Source of the DNA: Phycisphaerales bacterium
GTDB lineage: Bacteria; Planctomycetota; Phycisphaerae; Phycisphaerales; UBA1924
Direction: 5' to 3'
Assembly (NCBI GenBank): GCA_041742315.1
Contig: JBGSIX010000073.1
Coordinates: forward strand, 12,008-76,007
Length of the DNA: 64,000 nucleotides
Position numbers and translations under genes: made by a program. The notes below the pieces were generated by a model. That model did not search any database and was not told the DNA's origin. It saw only the letters and a list, made by a program, of their open reading frames with translations. Below, in pieces: positions 36,336 through 44,628 of this stretch. Position 1 is the stretch's first letter; each line of letters starts with the position of its first letter.

Positions 36336-37708
36336 CACGCACACGAAACCGATTTGTATCGATGTTCGCGCTCCTGATTTTCTCGGGCGCGATCATACTG
36401 ACAGGCTGCACGAAAGAAAGAGACCAGGCGCCCGCCCCGCAGCAGGAAGAGGCGGGAGCAGCGCCAACGAACCGGATCGACATCCCGGGCACGGTGCGCA
36501 GCAACCTCGGCATCACGTTCGCCAAGGTTGAACGCCGACGCGTTGACAGCACAATCCGCGTACCCGGCTCGTTCGAACTCCAGCCCCTGGCCCGCCACGA
36601 GTACAGACTCACGCTCGCCGGATCGGTGAAATTCGAGGTTGATCAGTTCCAGCGCGTCGAGCCGGGCGATCTGCTCTACCGTTTCCGCTCGCCCGAGTGG
36701 CCCGAGCTTCAGCACGAAATCATCGAGGGCGAACAGGACATCGAGTCGGCCCATGCCGAGATCGAGATCGCCCGGGCTCGAATCGACGAGGCCGAACGCC
36801 GCGTCGCGATTATGCGGGATCGTATCGCGTCGCTGAACGACGCCGAGATCCGCAACGCCGACTTGGAAGCACAGGCCGCGGAACTCGAAGCGAGCCTGCC
36901 CCGCCTGCGTGCGGAACTCAAGCAGACAGAAACGAAGCTCGCCAATGCCGAGCGCACGCGCGAGCACGCTATGCACAGGGCTTCGGCTGCGACCGGGATC
37001 CAGGAAGAGCGGCTGGCCGCCGATGCCGAGCACCAGAGAGAGGCCGTCCCCGCCTACCGTACGATCAATTGGATCGACGTGCGGGCCACTGAGCCAGGCG
37101 TCGTGGAGATGCTCGCCCTCACTGACGGCTCCTTCGCGGAAGCGCCGTCGCTTGTGCTTTCCACGATCGATCCGAGCAAGGTGCGGTTCCGCGCGATGGC
37201 GCTCCAGTCCGACCTGGTGCGGCTCGGCGAATCACCCGAGGCAAAGATCGTCCCCCCGACAACCCCGGGCATCGCGCTCAGCGATGGGGTAAACGCGTCG
37301 GTCACGATCGGGCTCGAAGCGCATCCCGAGCAGCGAACGGTCACACTTCTCGCAACCCCCGAGGAGAGCCGGGCCTGGATCCGTTCGGGCGTTTCGGCGT
37401 TCCTCGAAGTTGTCGCAGAGTCCTCCGGAGACCTGGCGCTGGCCATCCCGCGAGCGGCGATCGCCAAGGACGGCATCACGCACGTCTTCTTTAGGCGCGA
37501 TCCGCAGGACCCGAACAAGGCGATCCGTGTCGAGGCCGACATGGGTGTCGATGACGGGCGGTGGGTCGCAATCAACAGCGGTCTCTCACTCAATGACGAG
37601 GTTGTCCTCGACGGCGCGTACGAACTCAAGCTCGCAAGCGAGCAGAGCGGCGCGACACAGAAGGGCGGCCACTTTCACGCCGACGGAACATTCCACGGCG
37701 ATAACTAA
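36332..37708 (+). CDS. Efflux RND periplasmic adaptor subunit (lipoprotein)
   Basis: Lipobox ILTGCTKE. Coiled-coil hairpin segment and beta-barrel segment. Position is between the OMP and RND pump genes. Confidence 0.8.
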   Translation: MTRTRNRFVSMFALLIFSGAIILTGCTKERDQAPAPQQEEAGAAPTNRIDIPGTVRSNLGITFAKVERRRVDSTIRVPGSFELQPLARHEYRLTLAGSVKFEVDQFQRVEPGDLLYRFRSPEWPELQHEIIEGEQDIESAHAEIEIARARIDEAERRVAIMRDRIASLNDAEIRNADLEAQAAELEASLPRLRAELKQTETKLANAERTREHAMHRASAATGIQEERLAADAEHQREAVPAYRTINWIDVRATEPGVVEMLALTDGSFAEAPSLVLSTIDPSKVRFRAMALQSDLVRLGESPEAKIVPPTTPGIALSDGVNASVTIGLEAHPEQRTVTLLATPEESRAWIRSGVSAFLEVVAESSGDLALAIPRAAIAKDGITHVFFRRDPQDPNKAIRVEADMGVDDGRWVAINSGLSLNDEVVLDGAYELKLASEQSGATQKGGHFHADGTFHGDN

Positions 37709-37723
37709 AGAAAGCGAGATACC

Positions 37724-40700
37724 ATGCTGAAGAAACTCATCCAATTCTCGCTCGATCACGCTGCGCTCGTGCTCGTGCTGGCGGGCGTCGTGCTCGCCTT
37801 TGCGGTTTTCCGTCTACCCAAGACGCCCGTGGACGTGTTCCCGGAACTGAACGCGCCGACCGTGGTCATTATGACCGAATCGACGGGCCTCGCGGCGGAC
37901 GAGGTCGAACAGTACGTCACCTTCCCGATCGAGACCTCGGTCAACGGCATCCCGGGCGTGCGCCGCGTGCGCACGAGCAGTGCGATCGGACTGTCCATTG
38001 CCTACGTCGAGTTCGACTGGGGCACGGACATCTACCGCGCCCGCCAACTCGTCTCGGAGAGGCTCGACACAATCCGCGAGGACCTGCCACCCGATGCGCA
38101 CGCGGAGATGACGCCCATCACGAGCATCACGGGCGAGATCATGCTTCTGGCAGTCTCGTCGCCTGAAAGCACAGTCCCGCCTCTCGAACTTCGGGCGTAC
38201 GCGGAGTACGACCTCCGCAACAAGCTGCTTGCGATCCCGGGCGTGGCGCAAGTGTCGGTCATCGGCGGTGAGCTGCCCGAGTACCAGGTGCTCGTGCAGC
38301 AGGAGAAACTCAGGCTCTACGACCTCACTGTCGACGATGTGATCGAGGCGGCCAACGAGTCCCACAGTACGTTGAGCGCCGGCTACCTGCCAAATGTGGA
38401 CAGCCTCGAGCTGCCAATTCGCCAGAGTGGCAGAGTGCGTTCGATCGAAGACATCTCGGGCACAGTGATCAAGTACCACGATGGGGCACCGGTCAGCATC
38501 GGAGAAGTCGCAGATGTGAGGCTTGGGCCTGCCCCCAAGCGGGGCACCGGGGCCGACGCTGGAACCGCGGCTGTGGTCATGACCATTCTCAAAGCCCCCG
38601 GAACGAACACGCTTGTCATCACCGATCAGATCGACACCATGCTCGATGCACTGGAACCCTCGCTTCCGGGCGGGGTGCAGATCAACAGGCAGATCTTCCG
38701 GCAATCTGATTTCATCAATTTCTCTGTGAACAACGTCGTCCACGCCCTCCGTGATGCGGCGATCATTGTTTCGGTCATCCTCATTCTCTTCCTGCTCAAC
38801 GTCCGCACGACAGTCATCACATTGACAGCTCTGCCGCTCTCGCTGGCGGTCGCTCTGCTCGCCCTTGACTGGATGGGCGAGACGATCAACGTCATGACGC
38901 TCGGCGGGCTTGCGATCGCGGTCGGGAGCCTCGTCGACGATGCAATTATTGACGTGGAGAACGTCTTCCGTCGTCTCAAGCAGAACTCGGGTTGGCCTGA
39001 ATCCGAGAGACAGCCCAAGCTCCGGGTCATCTTCGACGCGAGCAACGAAATCCGCCCGGCGATGGTCTTTGCGACCATCATCATCGCGCTCGTGTTCCTG
39101 CCCCTGATGTTCCTGGAGGGCATCGAGGGTCGGTTCTTCCGCCCGCTGGGCATCGCGTTCGTGATCTCGATCATGGCGTCGCTGGTTGTCGCGCTCACCG
39201 TGACGCCCGCGATGTGCCGGTACATGCTCAAGGCCAAGCCAGGCTCCAATCACGACGCGGACGGCTTCCTCGTCCGTTTCCTCAAGATGCTCTACGAGCC
39301 GACCGTTCGGCTCGCGGTGCGTCTGAGGCTCGTCGTGCTCTCACTCGCGGGTCTTGCGACTGTGCTGACGCTCTGGCTCGCCTCCACTTTCGGCGCCTCG
39401 TTCCTCCCCGAATTCCAAGAGGGAACCTTCACTGTGGGTTTGTTCGCCCCACCGGGCACTTCGCTCGCGGCGAGCGATCGCTTGGCCTCTGCGATAGAGA
39501 AACAGCTCCTGATAGTCGATGGCGTTCTCAGTGTAACCCGCCGGACAGGACGTGCCGAGCGTGATGAGCACGCCGAGCCTGTGAGCAACTCCGAGATCGA
39601 GATCACGGTCAAACCCGGCTACAACAACATCGAGGTGCGCGAGCAGATCTCACAGATACTCGAACGCGTGCCGGGTATCACGACCAACATCGGTCAGCCC
39701 ATCGAGCACAGGCTCAGCCACATCCTCTCGGGCACACCAGCCGCGATCGCGATCAGCATTTACGGCGAAAACCTCGATGTTCTCCGCACGATCGCCAAAG
39801 AGATCGAGACGGTGCTCAAACCCCTGCCGGGTGCGCGTGATGTCGCGGCCAACCGCGAGGTCATGATCCTGTCGCTCCCGGTCGAGTACCAGCCCGCGGA
39901 GCTTGCCGCGTACGGACTCACGCCCCTCTCGGCAGCAAGGCAGGTCCGTAACGCCATCTTCGGTGTCGAGGTCGCGGAAGTGAACGAGGGCGTACGGCGT
40001 TACTCGCTCGTCGTGCGTCTCGAGGACGAAGAGCGAGACACTGTGCGTGACCTTCGCAACCTCGTCCTGCGTGGCAAGGGCGGCGCCCTGGTCAGGCTCG
40101 ACGAGGTTGCGGTCATCGGACCTGAGATGGCGTCAAACCTCATCGCACGCGAGAACGCGCAGCGCAAGGCGGTCGTCTCGCTCAACGTAGCCAAGGGCTC
40201 GAATCTCGGGCACCTGGTCGGGCAGGTCCGCGAGCGGGTCGATCCGATCGTCCAGCAGTACGGGTACACCGTGAAGTACGGCGGTCAGTTCGAGGCGCAG
40301 CAATCGGCGAGCCGGACCATTACGCTTTTCAGTGGACTGGTCGTTCTCATCATGGTCCTCCTGCTCAATCTGGCGATCGGTTCGGTGCGGGTGTCGCTGC
40401 TCGTGCTGGTGAATCTGCCGCTCGCGCTTATCGGGGGCATCCTGGCGATCTTCCTGACCGAGTCGCCCAACCCGTTCACCAACGCACTAGCGCTCTTCGG
40501 CTCGGGGGTCTACACCGCGCCTGTCATCTCTATCGCGAGCATGGTCGGGTTCATCACGCTGTTTGGAATCGCGGTCCGCAACGGCATCCTGCTCGTCAAC
40601 CACTACAAGCACCTCATGAACGAGGAGGGCGTGCCCATGCACGAGGCGATCGTGCAGGGATCGATGGAACGGCTCGTGCCGATCCTGATGACCGCGCTCA

Positions 40701-40885
40701 CAGCGGCGCTCGCGCTCATCCCGATCATCCTGAAGGGTGACAAACCGGGCAACGAGATCCTCGCGCCGCTCTCAGTCGTGATCCTCGGAGGACTCCTAAC
40801 CTCAACATTCCTGAATCTCGTGGTCGTACCCGCCGGGTACGCCGCGATCCACCGCCTGAAATCCCCAGCAAATTCCGGGAAATGA
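37724..40885 (+). CDS. CusA/CzcA-family heavy-metal efflux RND transporter
   Basis: 1053 aa with a 12-TM RND layout. The TM4 region is LGGLAIAVGSLVDDAIIDVENV. Confidence 0.9.
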   Translation: MLKKLIQFSLDHAALVLVLAGVVLAFAVFRLPKTPVDVFPELNAPTVVIMTESTGLAADEVEQYVTFPIETSVNGIPGVRRVRTSSAIGLSIAYVEFDWGTDIYRARQLVSERLDTIREDLPPDAHAEMTPITSITGEIMLLAVSSPESTVPPLELRAYAEYDLRNKLLAIPGVAQVSVIGGELPEYQVLVQQEKLRLYDLTVDDVIEAANESHSTLSAGYLPNVDSLELPIRQSGRVRSIEDISGTVIKYHDGAPVSIGEVADVRLGPAPKRGTGADAGTAAVVMTILKAPGTNTLVITDQIDTMLDALEPSLPGGVQINRQIFRQSDFINFSVNNVVHALRDAAIIVSVILILFLLNVRTTVITLTALPLSLAVALLALDWMGETINVMTLGGLAIAVGSLVDDAIIDVENVFRRLKQNSGWPESERQPKLRVIFDASNEIRPAMVFATIIIALVFLPLMFLEGIEGRFFRPLGIAFVISIMASLVVALTVTPAMCRYMLKAKPGSNHDADGFLVRFLKMLYEPTVRLAVRLRLVVLSLAGLATVLTLWLASTFGASFLPEFQEGTFTVGLFAPPGTSLAASDRLASAIEKQLLIVDGVLSVTRRTGRAERDEHAEPVSNSEIEITVKPGYNNIEVREQISQILERVPGITTNIGQPIEHRLSHILSGTPAAIAISIYGENLDVLRTIAKEIETVLKPLPGARDVAANREVMILSLPVEYQPAELAAYGLTPLSAARQVRNAIFGVEVAEVNEGVRRYSLVVRLEDEERDTVRDLRNLVLRGKGGALVRLDEVAVIGPEMASNLIARENAQRKAVVSLNVAKGSNLGHLVGQVRERVDPIVQQYGYTVKYGGQFEAQQSASRTITLFSGLVVLIMVLLLNLAIGSVRVSLLVLVNLPLALIGGILAIFLTESPNPFTNALALFGSGVYTAPVISIASMVGFITLFGIAVRNGILLVNHYKHLMNEEGVPMHEAIVQGSMERLVPILMTALTAALALIPIILKGDKPGNEILAPLSVVILGGLLTSTFLNLVVVPAGYAAIHRLKSPANSGK

Positions 40886-40932
40886 CCCATCCGCAGAACC
40901 TCGATACAATCCGAAACAAGGAGATGCACACC

Positions 40933-41469
40933 ATGAAATCGACGCACACCACCACCTCTGGCCTTGCCATCCTCGCCGCCTTGAGTCTGACGCTGACCGG
41001 CTGCGGCGAATCCAACTCGACTGGCAACCAGAAGACCCCTTCGGGTTCGCACATGCACGCCGATAGCTCGACCCATGACGACCACACCAGCGACACCAAG
41101 GCCGACGACGGGCACATGGGCGAAGAGGACCACGCCCACGATGAAACCGCACTAGACCCGGCAACTGTCGGTGACATGACACTCGAACTCGCGCAGGGAC
41201 ACGGCGCCGTCCGCGCAGGACAGGAAGGTCACCTCGTCGTCAAGCTGCCCTACAACGACAACGGCGAAACCATCGTCCGCGCCTGGATCGGCACCGAGGA
41301 CCGCACGCTCTCAACGGTCGGCAAGGGCGAGTACGCCCCCTCACACGAAGACTACGACATCCACGCCGTCGCACCGGATCCATTGCCCGAGAACACGATG
41401 TGGTGGGTCGAGATCGAGAAGCCCGACGGCACCAAAGTCGTCGGCTCGGCCAAGCCCATTATGGAGTAA
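40933..41469 (+). CDS. His/Asp-rich periplasmic lipoprotein, putative metal-binding accessory protein
   Basis: ATG at 40933 lies 9 nt after GGAG. Lipobox LTLTGC. The next 70 residues are rich in H, D and E (HMHADSSTHDDHTSDTKADDGHMGEEDHAHDE). A beta-rich C-terminal domain follows. Confidence 0.6.
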   Translation: MKSTHTTTSGLAILAALSLTLTGCGESNSTGNQKTPSGSHMHADSSTHDDHTSDTKADDGHMGEEDHAHDETALDPATVGDMTLELAQGHGAVRAGQEGHLVVKLPYNDNGETIVRAWIGTEDRTLSTVGKGEYAPSHEDYDIHAVAPDPLPENTMWWVEIEKPDGTKVVGSAKPIME

Positions 41470-41626
41470 AGTGACAAGGCCGGTCACAGCACAACCTCAT
41501 AACTTCACGAAAGTTCCCCTTCACGTGGTTCTTTCTATATCGGTGCTTTACTCTCATAGCTTTTATGTGTCTGATCAAAAGTGTTTGTCCCATGACGATA
41601 TATGGTGATGTAAATCGAACAATTGC

Positions 41627-42097
41627 TCAGTCCGGCATGCGAAAGATACCAGACGCCCGGATCGTCAGTACCTGCTCACTCGGGCGAGGTCCGACGACGC
41701 CCTCAACTACGATCACATCAAGCTCCGAGAGTCCTGCAGCTTTCGGATCGATCCCGGCAGAGGACCCGTCGGCCCCGGTGATCTGAACCGTCGCAGAGTG
41801 TGTGGCGATCTGCTCCTTCGGCACGCAGCAGTAATCCCAGGGCGTTGCGCACTTGTCATCGGGGTTGTCAGCGCAGTGCGGGATACTCGTGTCCATCATC
41901 GTTAGTACCGGGCTCTCGGCCGACATCGGCTCCTTGCGTCCCCCGATGCGACCTCGCAAGACGATCCGGTCACCTTCCTTCGCCGTGGCCTTCGCTTCGT
42001 CGACAGACAGCACAGATGCCGGCTCGCTCACGAGTAGCCAGGCAGGATGAGAATCGCCCGGCACGCCGGCTTGGCTGGTAGGGGCTACACCCCGCAT
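41627..42097 (-). CDS. Hypothetical Cys-motif protein, last gene of the decayed ABC efflux operon
   Basis: 3' part of ORF 41627..42574 taken from the ATG at 42097. Motif IPHCADNPDDKCATPWDYCC. The start is uncertain and no signal peptide is seen. Confidence 0.4.
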   Translation of the reverse strand: MRGVAPTSQAGVPGDSHPAWLLVSEPASVLSVDEAKATAKEGDRIVLRGRIGGRKEPMSAESPVLTMMDTSIPHCADNPDDKCATPWDYCCVPKEQIATHSATVQITGADGSSAGIDPKAAGLSELDVIVVEGVVGPRPSEQVLTIRASGIFRMPD

Positions 42098-42294
42098 GAC
42101 GGCTCCCAAGTCTTTAGTTGTCTCCGCGGATTCTCTCACCGGGAGGGCCGCGTGGATCTCAGGCGAGGCGTAGATGATGCCTGCACTCTGTTTCAAACCA
42201 GGGATGCTCGCCGCGGCAATGCCCTTGGTGGACGCATCGATCTGCGATCGCTCGACGCCCTCCTCGCTTCCGGTCCTGACGCAAGGCACACTCC

Positions 42295-42953
42295 TCAAAC
42301 CGAACGGAAACACTCGGTGATCTCTCGGCGCGAGGCCTGAATCGCTGGGACCAGTCCTGCTTGTCGTGACCAGCGAGTTGGACAAACTCGAGCGCCGTAT
42401 ACGCCACGTTCTGATCCTGCGGGTTGTCCGACCGAATGATGCCCACGACATAAGCCGTGATCCCGGCGGCATCGAACCGCATGCCGGGCCGCAGTCCTCG
42501 CCGCGAAGCGAGCGTTTCACCAAGCAGAGCCGTATCGGTCCGGGAAGGCCAATCGTCATATGCCCCATCGACAAGATCGATGATGCTCTTTGAGTTCTTC
42601 AGGAACTCCTCCTTTGGCACGCCACGGAAGGTTACCACATCCATGCTCGTCCGGCAGTTGGAGACAACAATCATCATCGGCGTGGCGCTGATGACCCCTT
42701 CGATTCCCTCGATCCTTCGCTGATAATCCTGCGGCAGTTGGCTCGTGGCCGGGCCGTAACGGTCCTTGCGGTACACGACAAGCGTGGTATCGGGTGCCGA
42801 AGCCGATGTGGCGAGCGTCACACTGCGGTTCATTGTCTGCACCGATGCAAACAAGAACATCGCGATGGTAACGCCCGCGATCGTCAGCACCGACCGCACC
42901 CGGTGCCGCACGATCTGTTTCAGGATGTATGGAAGACAGCGAATCGATCTCAT
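42295..42953 (-). pseudogene. MacB/FtsX-type ABC permease with an internal deletion
   Basis: The N-terminal TM1 plus periplasmic domain (MRSIRCLPYILKQIVRHRVRSVLTIAGVTIAMFLF...ALEFVQLAG) is joined out of frame at about 42360. The joined piece is only the canonical permease C-terminus AGLVPAIQASRREITECFRSV, with its stop at 42295. TM2-TM4 are absent. Confidence 0.7.
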
Positions 42954-43465
42954 GTAGTACCCCCTGCGTACGCAAAATCCGCGTTCACTTGCTTCATCAA
43001 ACGTCCTTTGTCCATGTGCAGCGTCCGCCGGGCGTATTGCGTCGTGTTCGGGCCGTGCGTTACCATGATGATGGTCTTGCCCATATCGCGGTTGAATTCC
43101 TGTAGAAGCAACATGACCGCGTGAGCAGAGAGCTTGTCAAGGTCACCTGTCGGTTCGTCGGCGACGATGATGGCAGGATCCGTCACGATCGCCCTGGCAA
43201 TAGCGACGCGTTGCTCCTGTCCGCCCGAGAGTTGCCTCGGAATGTGATCTAATCTCACCGTAATGCCCACTCGGTCGAGCGCATTGGAGACTCGACGGTG
43301 TCGCTCCTTGCGCGTCAATGGGTGCAGCAGGAGCGGCAATTCGACGTTCTCGTACGCTGTCAATACCGGCACGAGGTTGTAGAGATGGAAAATGTATCCG
43401 ACGTGCTTCGAACGCCACTCGGCGAGTGCGTTTCGACTGAGCGTCGCAAGATCGATCCCGTCCAC
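42950..43465 (-). pseudogene. ABC transporter ATP-binding subunit lacking the Walker A region
   Basis: It begins mid-domain (VDGIDLATLSRNALAEWRSKHVGYIF). The signature [14 protein letters not shown] and Walker [13 protein letters not shown] are present, but there is no GxxGxGKS. The Q-loop Gln is replaced (IFHLYN). Confidence 0.75.
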
Positions 43466-43862
43466 AACGAGTGATCCACGCGTCGGCGAATGACTCGCAC
43501 CTGAACTTCGAGTGTGTTCTTCTGCACGTCGGCTTCGTGCAGCACACGCAGAACCTCGCCAAGAAGTTGCGTCCCGTGGATTGCTTCAACCACGATCCTG
43601 CATGACTGCCCACAAACACACCGGAGACATCCGCCAGCGGCACGTCCACTCGCACCTGCAATCTCGATGGGTCGTAAAGATGCACGAGATGAGCCGAGTG
43701 TGGATCATCCATCCCTAACATCACTTTGTCTCCCGGTGCCCTGAGCCGACGCGTCACGACGCCAGTGACCGGCGAGCGGATCGTCATGCGATCAACTCCG
43801 CTTCGAGGAGCGTAATCAGACATATAAGTTTCTCCAATATCGAACACAAATGCGCGCAGCAA
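43466..43862 (-). pseudogene. Efflux periplasmic adaptor remnant (beta-barrel part only, frameshifted)
   Basis: TIRSPVTGVVTRRLRAPGDKV...LQVRVDVPLADVSGVFVG continues in another frame as GQSCRIVVEAIHGTQLLGEVLRVLHEADVQKNTLEVQVRVI. The frameshift is near 43603. The N-terminal half and the C-terminus are missing. Confidence 0.65.
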
Positions 43863-43872
43863 GCGCGCACCA

Positions 43873-44244
43873 TTAGCACAAAGCCAATGTCGTGGACCTT
43901 GAAGGACGCTTCAACCCGTCGATATGGGGAAGGAGCGAGTAGTTCTCAACCGAGATCTCATGACGCGACACGGTGGGAACCGCGACCGCCAAGGTTCCAT
44001 CGAGGAACTGGAAGAGGAATACCATATTGACACCGGTGCAGCATCGCTGCGGACAATTACAGCCGTCGCATCCTGAGGCTGGGGCTGGGGCTTCGCTGCA
44101 TTCATCCTCACCGCACACATCGGTCTCAACCCCACAGCAGTCATTGCTGCGATCGGCCTGCCGGTCGAGCATCGTGGGCGAGACATCGCCGCCCAAACCG
44201 CAACCACCCGAAGGCAACACCGCCGCGGTATGCAGCGGGTGCAT
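43873..44244 (-). CDS. Small Cys-rich protein, first gene of the decayed ABC efflux operon
   Basis: 123-aa ORF with GGCGLGG...SNDCCGVETDVCGEDEC...GCDGCNCPQRCC. It ends PHIDGLKRPSRSTTLALC. It shares a Cys pattern with the ORFs at 34302 and 55238. There is no clear signal peptide. Confidence 0.35.
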   Translation of the reverse strand: MHPLHTAAVLPSGGCGLGGDVSPTMLDRQADRSNDCCGVETDVCGEDECSEAPAPASGCDGCNCPQRCCTGVNMVFLFQFLDGTLAVAVPTVSRHEISVENYSLLPHIDGLKRPSRSTTLALC

Positions 44245-44370
44245 CAGGATCGATGCAATGACCTAGATATGGACAAGTAGCCTCACGGCACAATTATACC
44301 GAATTGTAACGGATCGGATCCGGAACCAACAACGAATTGAGGACCAGATAATGGACTGAAAGCGAATAAT

Positions 44371-44432
44371 GCAAGCGAACGGATTGGAACCGTTCACATT
44401 CAGATTGGGAAAATGCAAGCCTGTCTCGCAAG
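44371..44432. repeat. Degenerate tRNA-3'-half-like fragment plus conserved junction (internal att-like site)
   Basis: gcgaacggattggaaccgttcacattcagattgggaaaatgc aligns with the tRNA-Gly(UCC) 3' portion. Counting from gcgaacgga, about 36 of the next 49 positions match. The junction aagcctgtctcgcaag corresponds to aagcctctatcgcaag at 33989..34004. Confidence 0.7.
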
Positions 44433-44628
44433 TTGCCATATTTGCAAGCACTTATGAGGCGTCCAGCCCGAGCAGTTGCGATAGTGTCAGAGATTCCTTC
44501 ACGTTTGTCCACTAACCCGTCTCTTGTAGTGTGAAAGTTGATCCGCAGCTTCAATTACAGATACAAGATTGGGGCTCACTACCGGCTTCTGTACGAGCGG
44601 GCATCATGGCGATCGTGGAGGCGGTCTG

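Noticed and set aside
37814-39253. 479-aa minus-strand ORF inside the first RND pump gene
   Set aside because: Antisense to a 12-TM RND protein with clear homology-type motifs. The translation is Arg/Asp/His-rich with no domains.
41627-42574. 315-aa minus-strand ORF treated as one gene
   Set aside because: Its 5' two-thirds overlap the permease remnant in another frame and look non-coding. Only the 3' 156 codons, from the ATG at 42097, were kept, at low confidence.
44371-44432. Possibility that the internal tRNA-like fragment is a functional tRNA or tmRNA-like gene
   Set aside because: Only the 3' part is present. The anticodon stem no longer pairs (gcatt versus tctga). No complementary 5' acceptor strand is found upstream.
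44263-44554. Short minus-strand ORFs (62 and 86 aa) in the low-GC gap between the two island halves
   Set aside because: They cross the tRNA-like fragment and att-like module. There are no motifs or ribosome-binding sites, and the region is better explained as attachment-site debris.
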